Below the pieces are notes generated by a model that saw only the letters and a program-made list of their open reading frames with translations, searched no databases and had not been told where the DNA came from. Shown here piece by piece: positions 1-9,426 of a stretch of 51,968 nt of DNA. Position 1 is the stretch's first letter. Each line of letters opens with the position of its first letter. Location of the stretch: positions 62,001-113,968 of the forward strand of contig JBDREC010000065.1 in assembly GCA_043820105.1 (NCBI GenBank), read 5' to 3'. A program made the translations under genes and the position numbers. The DNA is from Pseudomonadota bacterium. Lineage in GTDB: Bacteria; Bdellovibrionota_F; JAHFAK01; JBDREC01.

Positions 1-96
1 ACTTATTCGGAACAAAGTTAAACAGATCGTTCGCTCCAGTTTTGATTTGTGACAGAATTCTTATGATAAATAGAAGTATCTTGTCCAAATCACAAT

Positions 97-119
97 CTTA
101 CCACTTACCACTTAACAAC
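97..119. repeat. Short (CTTACCA)n heptamer run, member of the window-wide intergenic repeat family
   Basis: cttaccacttaccacttaacaac; same unit as the runs at 12322 and 35254. Confidence 0.7.
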
Positions 120-237
120 AAAAAATGGCACCACAAATGCCATATTGACACCATGTAAATCCATTTAGGACAAAAGGCATTATCGTTTATTATCTTTTAT
201 TTCAAGGCATTACAGGGTGTTAAATCCAAAAAATAAC

Positions 238-254
238 TTGGCATAGATCTTGAT
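238..254 (+). promoter_or_regulatory. Candidate sigma54 (-24/-12) promoter
   Basis: TTGGCATAGATCTTGAT has GG at 240-241 and GA (not GC) at -12. An IHF-like TTTCAAGGCATTA lies at 200-212 and an inverted repeat ATGGCA-N7-TGCCAT at 125-143. Confidence 0.45.
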
Positions 255-265
255 ATATAAGCAAT

Positions 266-354
266 ATTGAAAAACGCGTGCGAGTTCATAAGAGGCACTC
301 CCAACCCCTATGGATTTCTGCTCTTAGCAAACCTAGGAGCAGAAATCTTTTTTT
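266..354 (+). ncRNA. Candidate small RNA between a sigma54-like promoter and an intrinsic terminator
   Basis: No credible ORF with an RBS; C-rich stretch at 296-309; ends in a strong hairpin plus T7. Confidence 0.35.
313..354 (+). terminator. Intrinsic terminator
   Basis: Stem GATTTCTGCTC (313-323) / GAGCAGAAATC (337-347), extendable to about 15 bp, followed by TTTTTTT. Confidence 0.8.
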
Positions 355-438
355 CAAGTCTTTTTTCTTTTGACTAAACCCTTAAAATATTATACATGGC
401 GTCATGTTTTGTTTTTTATTTAAACATTGGAAATGTAA

Positions 439-2280
439 TTGATTTTTTGTAATAATAAATTAGTATTAGTAGTAATATTCATTTTAATTCCATTACTACT
501 TCCTAATTGTAAAAGAAAAATTGAAAATAATTCTCAAGCTATCAATCAAATACAGATAATTGACGTATGTCCGCTCAAAAAACCTTCATTGCCACATGTG
601 GAACCTGAGAAAGAAGAAAAAGAAGAAGAAGAAAAAAAAATTCATCCCAAACCACAAGAAAAAGAAGAAAACAAACCAATATTAAAAAATATCACAAAAA
701 AAAGCTCTTTAACAACCTTATCCAAAACAATAAGCCCAATTATTCCAATTCTTAAAGAAAAGTCCAAAGCATCTTATTGCATAGATTTTGAAAACTTATC
801 TGACATTGAAAAAAAGGACATTGGAAAATATACTATAAATCAAAAAGAAGAGTTTCTATTTTTAAACGATGATCAAAACATAAAACTACCATCTGAAAAA
901 GCAATTTCTCTTTCATTCTTTAGTCAAATAACTGATATTCATTTAATTGATGAGGAAGCTCCCTCAAGAAGTGTGCTTCAAGATATTCCAGCAATTAGTG
1001 GCTTTTATAGATACGCAGAACAATATTCTACACAATTTTTTGATTCTGCAATCCGAACTTTAAATAAATTATCAAAAGAAAGTGGCAAAAATCCAGATCA
1101 TGTTTTTTTCACAGGTGACATAATAGAAAATGCTTTAGAAAATGAAAAAAACTGGTTTTTCGATATTATAAAGGGAAATAAAATAAATCCAGATTCAGGA
1201 GATGACGAGGATCCCATACCATGTGATGATTCAAAGGCAAGCTGCGTGATCAATGATCCAAATGATCCTTTTAAAGCTGAGGGTCTATTAAAAAATACTG
1301 ATTGGCATTTAGCTCTTGGAAATCATGATCTTCTATTGTATGGAAATTTCACATATGAAAGTCTTGATAAAGAAAGTAAAAATCCACAATCCAAGCTTCC
1401 TTTTAAACTTCCTTTTGATCCACTGGCACATAAAGCAAACGCATATATTTATCCCTCCGAAGATTATATTTCATTCGAAGAAATCAAGCAAAGTGTTGAA
1501 GATAAAATAGCTGAAGATAATACAGAAGAAGCCATTTTTGATATTATTCCTGATGATGCAAGAGCCCTTATTACTCTAGATGAATTAATGAAAGACTTAG
1601 AAAACCACTTTCAAGGTAAAAAAGAAATTAAACCTTATTACAGTTTTGTACAGAAGAGCAAAATCCCAATAAAATTTCTTATTTTAAATACATATTCAGA
1701 CTGTGGTGGTTCTGAAGGAATAATTTACCAAGAACAATTTAATTTTATAGAAGATGAATTAGCAAGTGCACAAGCAAATAAGGAGCTAGTGATTTTAGTA
1801 TCTCACCATGGAAAGACTGAAATTAGACCATCCTTTCTTGACATGGTAGATTCAATAAAAGAATGCAAGGATAAGATTGAAATAATTTATTCAGGTGATG
1901 ACTTAGAATCATTATTAGCTGAACATGAAAATGTTATATTACATATTTCAGGCCACACACATGAAAACAGAGTCTTTAAAAGAAAAAATTACTATGAAAT
2001 TACTACGTCTTCACTAATTGATTTTCCAATGCAAATGAGATTATTGGAAATTGTATTTGATCCTGATCAAGATTATGGTTTTGTTTACTCTGCTATGCTT
2101 GATGCTGATCCCTCCTTGTTTCCAAACGAACAGTTAATAACAAGAGCAAGGGAAATAGCTTTTATTGATTATCAGCTGGGAAACGAAAAACATTGCACAA
2201 ATAAAGGTGAGCAAAAAGACAGAAATGTGATTATCCCTTTTAAGATACCAAAAGATATTTTGCTAAGCCTAGAGAAATGA
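439..2280 (+). CDS. Exported (lipoprotein-like) calcineurin-like metallophosphoesterase
   Basis: Motifs TDIH, TGD, GNHD, SHH, GHTH; hydrophobic N-terminus ending in LLPN-C; charged linker; TTG start uncertain. Confidence 0.85.
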   Translation: MIFCNNKLVLVVIFILIPLLLPNCKRKIENNSQAINQIQIIDVCPLKKPSLPHVEPEKEEKEEEEKKIHPKPQEKEENKPILKNITKKSSLTTLSKTISPIIPILKEKSKASYCIDFENLSDIEKKDIGKYTINQKEEFLFLNDDQNIKLPSEKAISLSFFSQITDIHLIDEEAPSRSVLQDIPAISGFYRYAEQYSTQFFDSAIRTLNKLSKESGKNPDHVFFTGDIIENALENEKNWFFDIIKGNKINPDSGDDEDPIPCDDSKASCVINDPNDPFKAEGLLKNTDWHLALGNHDLLLYGNFTYESLDKESKNPQSKLPFKLPFDPLAHKANAYIYPSEDYISFEEIKQSVEDKIAEDNTEEAIFDIIPDDARALITLDELMKDLENHFQGKKEIKPYYSFVQKSKIPIKFLILNTYSDCGGSEGIIYQEQFNFIEDELASAQANKELVILVSHHGKTEIRPSFLDMVDSIKECKDKIEIIYSGDDLESLLAEHENVILHISGHTHENRVFKRKNYYEITTSSLIDFPMQMRLLEIVFDPDQDYGFVYSAMLDADPSLFPNEQLITRAREIAFIDYQLGNEKHCTNKGEQKDRNVIIPFKIPKDILLSLEK

Positions 2281-3021
2281 GTCTAAAAACTCCTGGCTCT
2301 TCATTTTTTTTTGCAAAAAACAATTAACAAGATTTTTAACAAGAATTCCATATTTTTTAATTTGCATTTCATTATCTTCAAAAGCTGTAAGATTAAGAAT
2401 ATTAACTAGAGCTTTGATATCAATATCATCAAAGCATTGATTATCAAAAAAACCATGCCCTAGCTTTTCTTTACAATCACAACAAAGCATGGAAAATTCT
2501 TTTGTATAAAAAAAAGATTCTTTTGTTTGAGTAAGGTTTTGGTTACAGTCATTGCATTTTAATAAGTTTGGAATAAATCCTTGAAACAGCAAAAACTCTA
2601 AAACAAATTTAATCATTACTGCATGGGGATTTACTTTGTTATTTAAATCTTTCAGGGCTTTAATGAACATATAATATACTGAAGAGGCATCTTTTAAATC
2701 TTCCTCAAATGAAGCAAGATATAAAAGCTCAGTTAAATATGAAGAAACTGCAAAGGAAATAATATCTTTTCTAATATACTCAAAAGTTTTTAGGCTCTTG
2801 GCATCAATTAAAAGGCTAAGTTTCCCATCTGATTTACTTTTAAAAATAATTTCATATTCATTAATAAGATCAAGGCCTGGATATCTTTTGCGACTCTTTT
2901 TTGCTCCTCGAGCAAATACATTTACCCGACCCAAGGCTTCTGTAAAGATATGGCAAATAAGGTCATTATCGGAATAATCAATTAGCTTTAAGATTACAGC
3001 TTTACTTTTTATATCATCCAT
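2269..3021 (-). CDS. recO: DNA repair protein RecO
   Basis: N-terminal OB-fold pattern (DYSDNDLI..FT..GR...ARGAKKS) and Zn-finger CxxC...CxxC. Confidence 0.92.
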   Translation of the reverse strand: MDDIKSKAVILKLIDYSDNDLICHIFTEALGRVNVFARGAKKSRKRYPGLDLINEYEIIFKSKSDGKLSLLIDAKSLKTFEYIRKDIISFAVSSYLTELLYLASFEEDLKDASSVYYMFIKALKDLNNKVNPHAVMIKFVLEFLLFQGFIPNLLKCNDCNQNLTQTKESFFYTKEFSMLCCDCKEKLGHGFFDNQCFDDIDIKALVNILNLTAFEDNEMQIKKYGILVKNLVNCFLQKKMKSQEFLDSFL

Positions 3022-3024
3022 AAA

Positions 3025-4374
3025 TTATAAAGGCAGCAATAAATTTGCACATGAAAAGAACAAAAGAACTGCTAAAAGGTCAATTGAAGTAGTTACAAAG
3101 GGACCAGAGGCTATAGCTGGATCAATTTTAATAGATTCAAGAAAAATTGGTATTATAGCTCCAATTAAGGTTCCTAAAACCATGGAAGCAAATAAAGAAA
3201 TGCCAACAACATAGCCAAGGTTAACAATTTCAGGATATTGAAAAATAGCTAAAACTGAAAGTAATCCAGCATAGGCAATACCCATAATGATCCCAACACG
3301 AAATTCTTTGAAAATAATACCCCAAGCTTGATCAATGGCAATTTTTTTAGTCGATAGACCTCGAACCATTAGGGCGACAGATTGAGCTCCAACATTACCA
3401 CTCATACCATTAATAATCGGAATAAAGGCAGCCAAAGCCACATATGTCTGTAAAGTTTCTTCAAAAGCACCTATAAGTTTTATAGCTAAAATACCTTGAA
3501 TCCAACAAACAAAAAGCCAGGGCAACCTGGATTTTGCAGACTTAAAACTATCCTTTGATGATAATTCTTCATGAGTAGAACCAGCCATCTTCAATATATC
3601 TTCAGTGGCTTCATCCCTTAAAACATCAATTACATCATCAACAGTAATAATCCCAACCAGCTTATGATCATAATCAACAACAGGAACAGCAAGGTAATTA
3701 TACCGAGAAACAAGTCTTGCAACTTCTTCTTGATCTTCATCAACATCAACATGAACAATCTCTTCTGACATTATGTCTCCAAGACGATCTGATGATTTGG
3801 CTAAAATTAATTCGCGCAAAGAAACAACACCAGTAAGCCGATCATGGTCATCAATAATATAAATATAAAAAACAGTTTCATATTCTTTTGCTTCATTAAC
3901 TTTTTCAATTGCTTCTTTAACCGTTAAGTCTTCAATCATCTTAAAAACAATAGGATTCATTATACCACCAGCTGAATCCTCGTCATATCTAAGAAGCTCT
4001 GTAAGCTCTTCTGATTCTTCTGAATCCATTTCCCTTAGAACTTCTTTTTGTTTTTCATCTGACAAAGCATTAATAACATCAGCAACGTCATCAGAATCAT
4101 GTGTTGCTAAAATGCTGGCAATTTGAGTTGGCTCTTTATCTTCTAAAAGATCTTCAATTTCATTATCTTCAAGTTCACTTAAAACCTCGGCTTTCTTTTC
4201 TTCATCTTTAATATGATCAAAGATTACCTTTCTTTCCTCTAGCTTGAAGCGCCTTAATAAAAAGGCAATATCAGCAGGTTTTGCTTCTGAAACTTTATTT
4301 TTAACTTGTTCAATATCACCATGTTCTATTAAGTGATTTATTTCCTCAACAAATTCTTCGAAAATATCAGCCAT
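3025..4374 (-). CDS. mgtE: Magnesium transporter MgtE
   Basis: Acidic N-domain, CBS pair (SAGGIM, GIITVDD), TM motifs RLPWL, GNVGAQ, DPAIASGPFVTT. Confidence 0.96.
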   Translation of the reverse strand: MADIFEEFVEEINHLIEHGDIEQVKNKVSEAKPADIAFLLRRFKLEERKVIFDHIKDEEKKAEVLSELEDNEIEDLLEDKEPTQIASILATHDSDDVADVINALSDEKQKEVLREMDSEESEELTELLRYDEDSAGGIMNPIVFKMIEDLTVKEAIEKVNEAKEYETVFYIYIIDDHDRLTGVVSLRELILAKSSDRLGDIMSEEIVHVDVDEDQEEVARLVSRYNYLAVPVVDYDHKLVGIITVDDVIDVLRDEATEDILKMAGSTHEELSSKDSFKSAKSRLPWLFVCWIQGILAIKLIGAFEETLQTYVALAAFIPIINGMSGNVGAQSVALMVRGLSTKKIAIDQAWGIIFKEFRVGIIMGIAYAGLLSVLAIFQYPEIVNLGYVVGISLFASMVLGTLIGAIIPIFLESIKIDPAIASGPFVTTSIDLLAVLLFFSCANLLLPL

Positions 4375-4402
4375 AAAAACTCCAATGATTTAAATGCTAA
4401 AA

Positions 4403-4453
4403 GCTCGAGCGCGAGACCCGGGGCATGGCCACGGGCAAAGACACGGGCAAAGC
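4403..4453. repeat. GC-rich hexamer-type repeat arm (CACGGGCAAAG x2)
   Basis: Direct repeats at 4430-4440 and 4442-4452 abut the stop codon at 4454; related to the CACGGG arms at 21797-22024. Confidence 0.6.
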
Positions 4454-4837
4454 TTATAGGTAAAATTTAATAAATAACAATAGACTGGCCGCTAAGCAGG
4501 CAATGATAATTGCCCCACCCCATATATAATATTTTGAAGCCATTTTGTGGTTATTTTTTTGAGATGTTCTTGCAACCTTTTCAACTAGCTCAACAGTTTC
4601 TTTAATTTTAAATTCTTCTAAATATCTATTTAATATTTCATCTGAATTAAGACCAATAGACGATGCATATAAGCGTAAAAATCCTTTTACAAAAGTATCG
4701 CCAGGAAAACGTTCATAGTTATCTGTTTCTATGGATTTAATATAATAGGGAGATATTTTTGTTTTATTACTAACTTGTGTTATCGTAATTTCTCTGAGTT
4801 CACGCTCTCTTCTTAAAAACTGCCCTAAAGATTCCAT
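4454..4837 (-). CDS. RodZ-like HTH protein with C-terminal TM helix
   Basis: SLGQFLRRERE...TKIS..YI..IE...P...FVKGFLRLYA pattern; single TM at the C-terminus. Confidence 0.85.
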   Translation of the reverse strand: MESLGQFLRRERELREITITQVSNKTKISPYYIKSIETDNYERFPGDTFVKGFLRLYASSIGLNSDEILNRYLEEFKIKETVELVEKVARTSQKNNHKMASKYYIWGGAIIIACLAASLLLFIKFYL

Positions 4838-4853
4838 AAAGCTTTTCCTTTTT

Positions 4854-5621
4854 TCACTTAATTTTCAATTCACATTTTAAGCTCCAAAACCCATCTGGAT
4901 CAATTGAATGACATTTTTTATAATATTTATTTGCTTCTTGTTTCCTATCCCATTTTGAATAGGCATCAGCAATATTAAAATAAATCTGACTTTTCATTGT
5001 TTCGGGACATTCTTTACAAATTGAAAGTAATTTATAGTACTCATCTATAGCTTTTTTATAATCTTTCCTCTCCAGGTAAACTAGACCGAGATTGTTTATG
5101 GAAGCAATATAATTTGGATTAGATTTTAAAGCATTACTATATGCTTCAATAGCTTTATCATATTTTTTCATTTTATAATAGGACCAACCTATAATATTGT
5201 ATGCTTGATAGGGGGTGAAATACAATAAATTGTCTAAAGCCTTACGACTATTTTCAATTGCCTCTTCCCACATCTCTTGTTCAACATATGCTTGAGCTAA
5301 ATTCACATAGGCATCAGAATAGTCAGATTTCAGGGAAATAGCTTCTTTAAAGTGTTCCACTGATTTAATATAATTTTTCTGAAGCATAAAAACAAAACCA
5401 AGCATATTCCGTATTTCATGATTTCTAGGGTCAAGCTTCTGAGCTTCAAATAATGCTGCAGATGCCTTAATAAATTTTCCCTGTTTTATAAAATCTTGAG
5501 CGATATCAAAAAGCAGGTCTGGATCAGTGATATGTTTTTCATTTGATGATTTTGAAGAGCAAGCTACAAACACTAACATAATAGAAATTATAATAATTAA
5601 AATTTTTGAATATTTTTTCAT
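4854..5621 (-). CDS. TPR-repeat lipoprotein (PilF/PilW/Tgl-like pilotin)
   Basis: Lipobox FVA-C, multiple TPRs, ALDNLLYFTP motif, adjacent to a RodZ-like gene. Confidence 0.8.
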   Translation of the reverse strand: MKKYSKILIIIISIMLVFVACSSKSSNEKHITDPDLLFDIAQDFIKQGKFIKASAALFEAQKLDPRNHEIRNMLGFVFMLQKNYIKSVEHFKEAISLKSDYSDAYVNLAQAYVEQEMWEEAIENSRKALDNLLYFTPYQAYNIIGWSYYKMKKYDKAIEAYSNALKSNPNYIASINNLGLVYLERKDYKKAIDEYYKLLSICKECPETMKSQIYFNIADAYSKWDRKQEANKYYKKCHSIDPDGFWSLKCELKIK

Positions 5622-5740
5622 AGTCCTATTTCTTCTTCTTGTGTTATATTAATTAAAAACATTAAATTTTAGGCCGTTGTTTATCAAGGAAAAATTTACT
5701 TAAATCCCAATTAAGCATAAAGCTAATGTCTGGGTTTTAT

Positions 5741-6739
5741 TCAAAACATCTTTTCAATATCATCTTTTATAGAGTAATCAAGCCTGGCCCCAAGTTGTTT
5801 TACAACACAGGCTGCTGAAAAAGATGCAATTTTTCCAGATTTTTCCAAGTCATACCCTTTTATAAAACCATAAATAAAGCCAGCTGCAAACATATCACCT
5901 GCCCCTGTTGTATCTTTTAAATCAACTTTACAAACAGGTATTTCTATAATCCTATCATCAGATACTACTAAAGACCCATGTCCACCCAGCTTGACAATTG
6001 CTATTTCACAATGCTTGCCAAGTTCTAATGCTGCCTTTTTAGGATCATCAATCCCTGTCAACATTTTAACTTCTTCTTCATTAGCAAAAACAATTTTCAC
6101 ATATTTTTTTATAAGATCATTAAACACATCTTTATTTCTAGATACGGCGAATGGATCCGCTACATCAAAAATAACATCAATATTATTTTCTAAAGCTAAA
6201 TCCAAAGCTTTTATTGCTGCTTCTTTCTGAGCATCAGTATCCCACATATAACCTGTAAAATATAAAATTCGTGATGCTAGTAGTTTGTCAATATCAAGAT
6301 CTTCAATTGAAAACTTTCGGCACATCCCAAGGTAGGTATTCATTGTTCTTTCACCATCTTGTGTAACAAGAACAATACTTGTGCCAGTATTATCTCCTTC
6401 ACCGCAAGTAACACTAGATGTAACATTGGCTCTTTCTATTTCAGAAACAAATTTTCTTCCTAAACTATCATTAGCAACTTTTCCTGCAAAAACTGAATTA
6501 ATTCCAAAATGGGAAAGGGCTATCATTGTATTTGAAGCAGATCCACCGGAAATAATGTTAAGATTTCTTCCTTCCAGCATTTGAAGTAGTTTTTCCTGGA
6601 AGCCCCTGTCAATCAATTGCATAATTCCCTTTTCAAGACCCATTTTAGAAATAAACTCATCATCAACTCGCCCTATTACATCAACTAAAGGATTACCAAG
6701 TCCAAAGATATCATATTTTTTTTCCATTTTTCTCCTCAT
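5741..6739 (-). CDS. PfkB-family kinase (adenosine kinase-like)
   Basis: GNPLVD, GGSASNT and DTTGAGDMFAAG motifs; start may be at 6727. Confidence 0.92.
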   Translation of the reverse strand: MRRKMEKKYDIFGLGNPLVDVIGRVDDEFISKMGLEKGIMQLIDRGFQEKLLQMLEGRNLNIISGGSASNTMIALSHFGINSVFAGKVANDSLGRKFVSEIERANVTSSVTCGEGDNTGTSIVLVTQDGERTMNTYLGMCRKFSIEDLDIDKLLASRILYFTGYMWDTDAQKEAAIKALDLALENNIDVIFDVADPFAVSRNKDVFNDLIKKYVKIVFANEEEVKMLTGIDDPKKAALELGKHCEIAIVKLGGHGSLVVSDDRIIEIPVCKVDLKDTTGAGDMFAAGFIYGFIKGYDLEKSGKIASFSAACVVKQLGARLDYSIKDDIEKMF

Positions 6740-6800
6740 ATTATTTTTGCGGTGTTCGATATTGACGGCTATGGATTAACACCCGAACCTCAAGTCAGGA

Positions 6801-7661
6801 CTAATAATACTTACTCAAAATTGGTGCAAGATCGCTTTTTGTTTTTTCAGGCACGTCTTGCATTTTAGTAATTAAGGAATTACTTAAAACATCGTGACAA
6901 GAACAAAAATTAAGATCATTTGCTTTTTTAATAGTATTAACCACAATTTTTTTTGCGGTTTGAGAATTTTTAGATAGTGTTTCCATTACAGAATCAGCCG
7001 TAACATCGGCCTCGTCTTCATGCCAACAGTCATAATCTGTAACCAGGGCAATTGTGGCCATAGAAAGTTCAGCCTCTTTCGCAAGCTTTGCCTCAGTAAC
7101 GTTTGTCATTCCAATTACAGAAACTCCCCATGATCGGTAAAGCAAAGATTCCGCCTTAGTTGAAAATGAAGGTCCCTCAATGCAAATATAAGTTCCACCC
7201 AAATGTGCAATAGTACCAACTTCTTTTGCTGAATTAAAGATAAACTCTGAAAATTCTTCGCACAATGGCTTGGCAAATGAAACATGAGCTACACATTCCT
7301 TGCCAAAAAAGCTTGAGTCTCTTCTTTTTGTCATATCAATAAATTGATCAATAATCACAATATTTCCAGGTTCTAGTTCTTTTTTCATGCTTCCGACTGC
7401 TGTAACAGATATTAGATGGGTGACTCCCAGCTTTTTCATTCCCCAAATATTAGCCTTATAATTAACTTCTGTTGGTAAAAGATTATGCTTTCTATTATGT
7501 CTTGGCAAAAAAACCACCTCTTGTGAAAATAATTTGCCAACAACAAACTTATCAGAAGGTTTTCCAAAAGGAGTTTCTATTTCAATCATTTCTTTATCTT
7601 CAAACTCATCAATCTGGTAAAGACCAGTCCCACCAATAACACCAATTTTGATATTATCCAT
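6801..7661 (-). CDS. mtnP: S-methyl-5'-thioadenosine phosphorylase
   Basis: IGVIGGTG, TPFGKPS, EGPSFST, GMT and TDYDCW motifs. Start moved to ATG 7661, which has an AAGGAG RBS; the ORF-track extension is translated repeat DNA. Confidence 0.95.
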   Translation of the reverse strand: MDNIKIGVIGGTGLYQIDEFEDKEMIEIETPFGKPSDKFVVGKLFSQEVVFLPRHNRKHNLLPTEVNYKANIWGMKKLGVTHLISVTAVGSMKKELEPGNIVIIDQFIDMTKRRDSSFFGKECVAHVSFAKPLCEEFSEFIFNSAKEVGTIAHLGGTYICIEGPSFSTKAESLLYRSWGVSVIGMTNVTEAKLAKEAELSMATIALVTDYDCWHEDEADVTADSVMETLSKNSQTAKKIVVNTIKKANDLNFCSCHDVLSNSLITKMQDVPEKTKSDLAPILSKYY

Positions 7662-7675
7662 ACATAACTCCTTAA

Positions 7676-7778
7676 TAAGTGGTAAGTGGTATGTGGTAAG
7701 TGGTAAGTATTTCTTGTTCACGCTGTGCGCTGTAGGCTGTACGCAACTTACAACTTACGACTTACGACTTACGACTTA
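7676..7778. repeat. Inverted heptamer-array element: (TAAGTGG)n - core - (ACTTACR)n
   Basis: Left arm 7676-7708, right arm 7746-7778; core shares TATTT..TTCACGCT with the 9305 element. Confidence 0.85.
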
Positions 7779-7822
7779 AAGGGATATTTGTAAAGAGAAT
7801 ATTTAATCAAGACAGATAATCT

Positions 7823-8008
7823 TTATTTTTCCTTAGTATTTTTGGTGGAAATGGCTATTGATGGAGGGTTTTTTTCATAGATTTTTCCAGCGTAAAAATC
7901 TAGGTACATTTTAAGATTATACATACGGAGAGTATTTGGATCAAACTTCTTATCCTTTGAAGATGCAGAAGTAGTTTGCTTTTTAGTGTCCCTCCGAATT
8001 CTTCCCAT
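7823..8008 (-). CDS. Small basic hypothetical protein
   Basis: 61-aa ORF with a strong AAGGAGG RBS upstream. Confidence 0.55.
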   Translation of the reverse strand: MGRIRRDTKKQTTSASSKDKKFDPNTLRMYNLKMYLDFYAGKIYEKNPPSIAISTKNTKEK

Positions 8009-8275
8009 AAACCAGATCCTCCTTGTTAAAATTAGTATATCATAAACATATAAATCTTGTACAGAAATAATTTATAAAATTTATTATAACACAGCTTTAT
8101 TCTTTTATTATAGCATGTTATAGTAATAAGAAATTTTTATAGGAAAAGCATGTTTTTATAATTTATAAATAAGGGTAAATTTAATATATTTTCAAAAAAG
8201 ATGATATTTTTCTTTACACTCCTAAGCAATTTATCTAAATAATTACTACTTTTTATTAAAAATTTTAGGTTAATC

Positions 8276-9304
8276 ATGGATTTATCAAAAGAAATTTCTA
8301 AAATTGAAACTCAGGCAATAAAAAAACTTCAAAAAGCGGATAATTTTAAAGAACTTGAAAACATTGAAATAGCTTTTTTAGGTAGAAAAGGAAAGCTTAC
8401 CTTATTACTAAGAGACTTGGCAAATGTCTCAAAAGAAGATAGACCCAAAATAGGAAAATTTGCAAATGAAGTTAAAAATAAAATCCTAAGTGAAGTTGAA
8501 GATATACGATCTGGGCTCAAAGATAAAGCTTTTTCAAATCTTGAAAGTTCAGAGTGGCTGGATATAACTTCCCCCGGAAAAAAAATAAGGCAACTTGGAT
8601 CCATCCATCCAATAACTCAAATTAGGTATGAAATTGAAGAGATATTTTCCTCAATGGGTTTTCACGTCCTTGATGGCCCTGAAGTAGAAACAGAATTTAA
8701 TAATTTTATTGCATTAAACATTCCAGATGATCACCCAGCAAGGGATACTCAAGATACTTTCTGGCTTGATGATGATAATCTCCTAAGAACTCAAACTTCA
8801 AACATTCAGGTTAGAGGAATGAAAAAACTCAAGCCTCCATTTAGTGCAATAGCGCCTGGTAGATGTTTCAGAAATGAAGCAATTGATGCAAGTCATGAGC
8901 ATACTTTTTATCAAATCGAAGGACTAATGATTGATAAAAATATTACTGTGGCAAATTTAATTTATGTATTAAAAACACTGGTTTCTGAGATAATGAAAGA
9001 AGATGTAGAAGTAAGGTTAAGACCAGGATATTTCCCTTTTGTTGAACCAGGTTTTGAACTTGATATGAAATGCAGGATTTGTAATGGTCAAGGATGCTCA
9101 GTCTGCAAAAAAGTAGGCTGGATAGAAGTTTTACCCTGTGGAATGGTTCACCCAAATGTCTTAAAATTCGGTGGCTTAGACCCAAACGAATGGACAGGAT
9201 TTGCCTTTGGCCTTGGACTTGATAGACTCGTAATGATGCGATACAATATTCACGATATAAGATATTTCCAATCCGGAAATTTAAGATTTTTGAAACAATT
9301 TTGA
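8276..9304 (+). CDS. pheS: Phenylalanine--tRNA ligase alpha subunit
   Basis: HPARDTQDTF, LRTQTS, FPFVEP, GFAFGLGLDRL. Confidence 0.98.
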   Translation: MDLSKEISKIETQAIKKLQKADNFKELENIEIAFLGRKGKLTLLLRDLANVSKEDRPKIGKFANEVKNKILSEVEDIRSGLKDKAFSNLESSEWLDITSPGKKIRQLGSIHPITQIRYEIEEIFSSMGFHVLDGPEVETEFNNFIALNIPDDHPARDTQDTFWLDDDNLLRTQTSNIQVRGMKKLKPPFSAIAPGRCFRNEAIDASHEHTFYQIEGLMIDKNITVANLIYVLKTLVSEIMKEDVEVRLRPGYFPFVEPGFELDMKCRICNGQGCSVCKKVGWIEVLPCGMVHPNVLKFGGLDPNEWTGFAFGLGLDRLVMMRYNIHDIRYFQSGNLRFLKQF

Positions 9305-9407
9305 GTAAGTAGTAAGTGGTAAGTTGTAAGTGATAAGTATTTTTTCTTCACGCTACATGCCATAAGCAGTTTATGACTTACAACTTACAACTTACGACTT
9401 ACGACTT
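9305..9407. repeat. Inverted heptamer-array element between pheS and pheT
   Basis: GTAAGTNG units 9305-9338 start at the pheS stop; ACTTACR units 9376-9407 end just before the pheT RBS. Confidence 0.85.
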
Positions 9408-9426
9408 TAAAAAAAAGGAATAAAAA

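Noticed and set aside
41-96. Imperfect inverted repeat at the window start
   Set aside because: Several mismatches, AT-rich, and context is cut off by the window edge
4454-4837. Truncated rodZ pseudogene
   Set aside because: Intact HTH + TM with a normal stop; short forms lacking the periplasmic domain are plausible functional proteins
7662-7721. N-terminal extension of MtnP (MNKKYLPLTTYHLPL)
   Set aside because: It is translated heptamer repeat; the RBS supports ATG 7661
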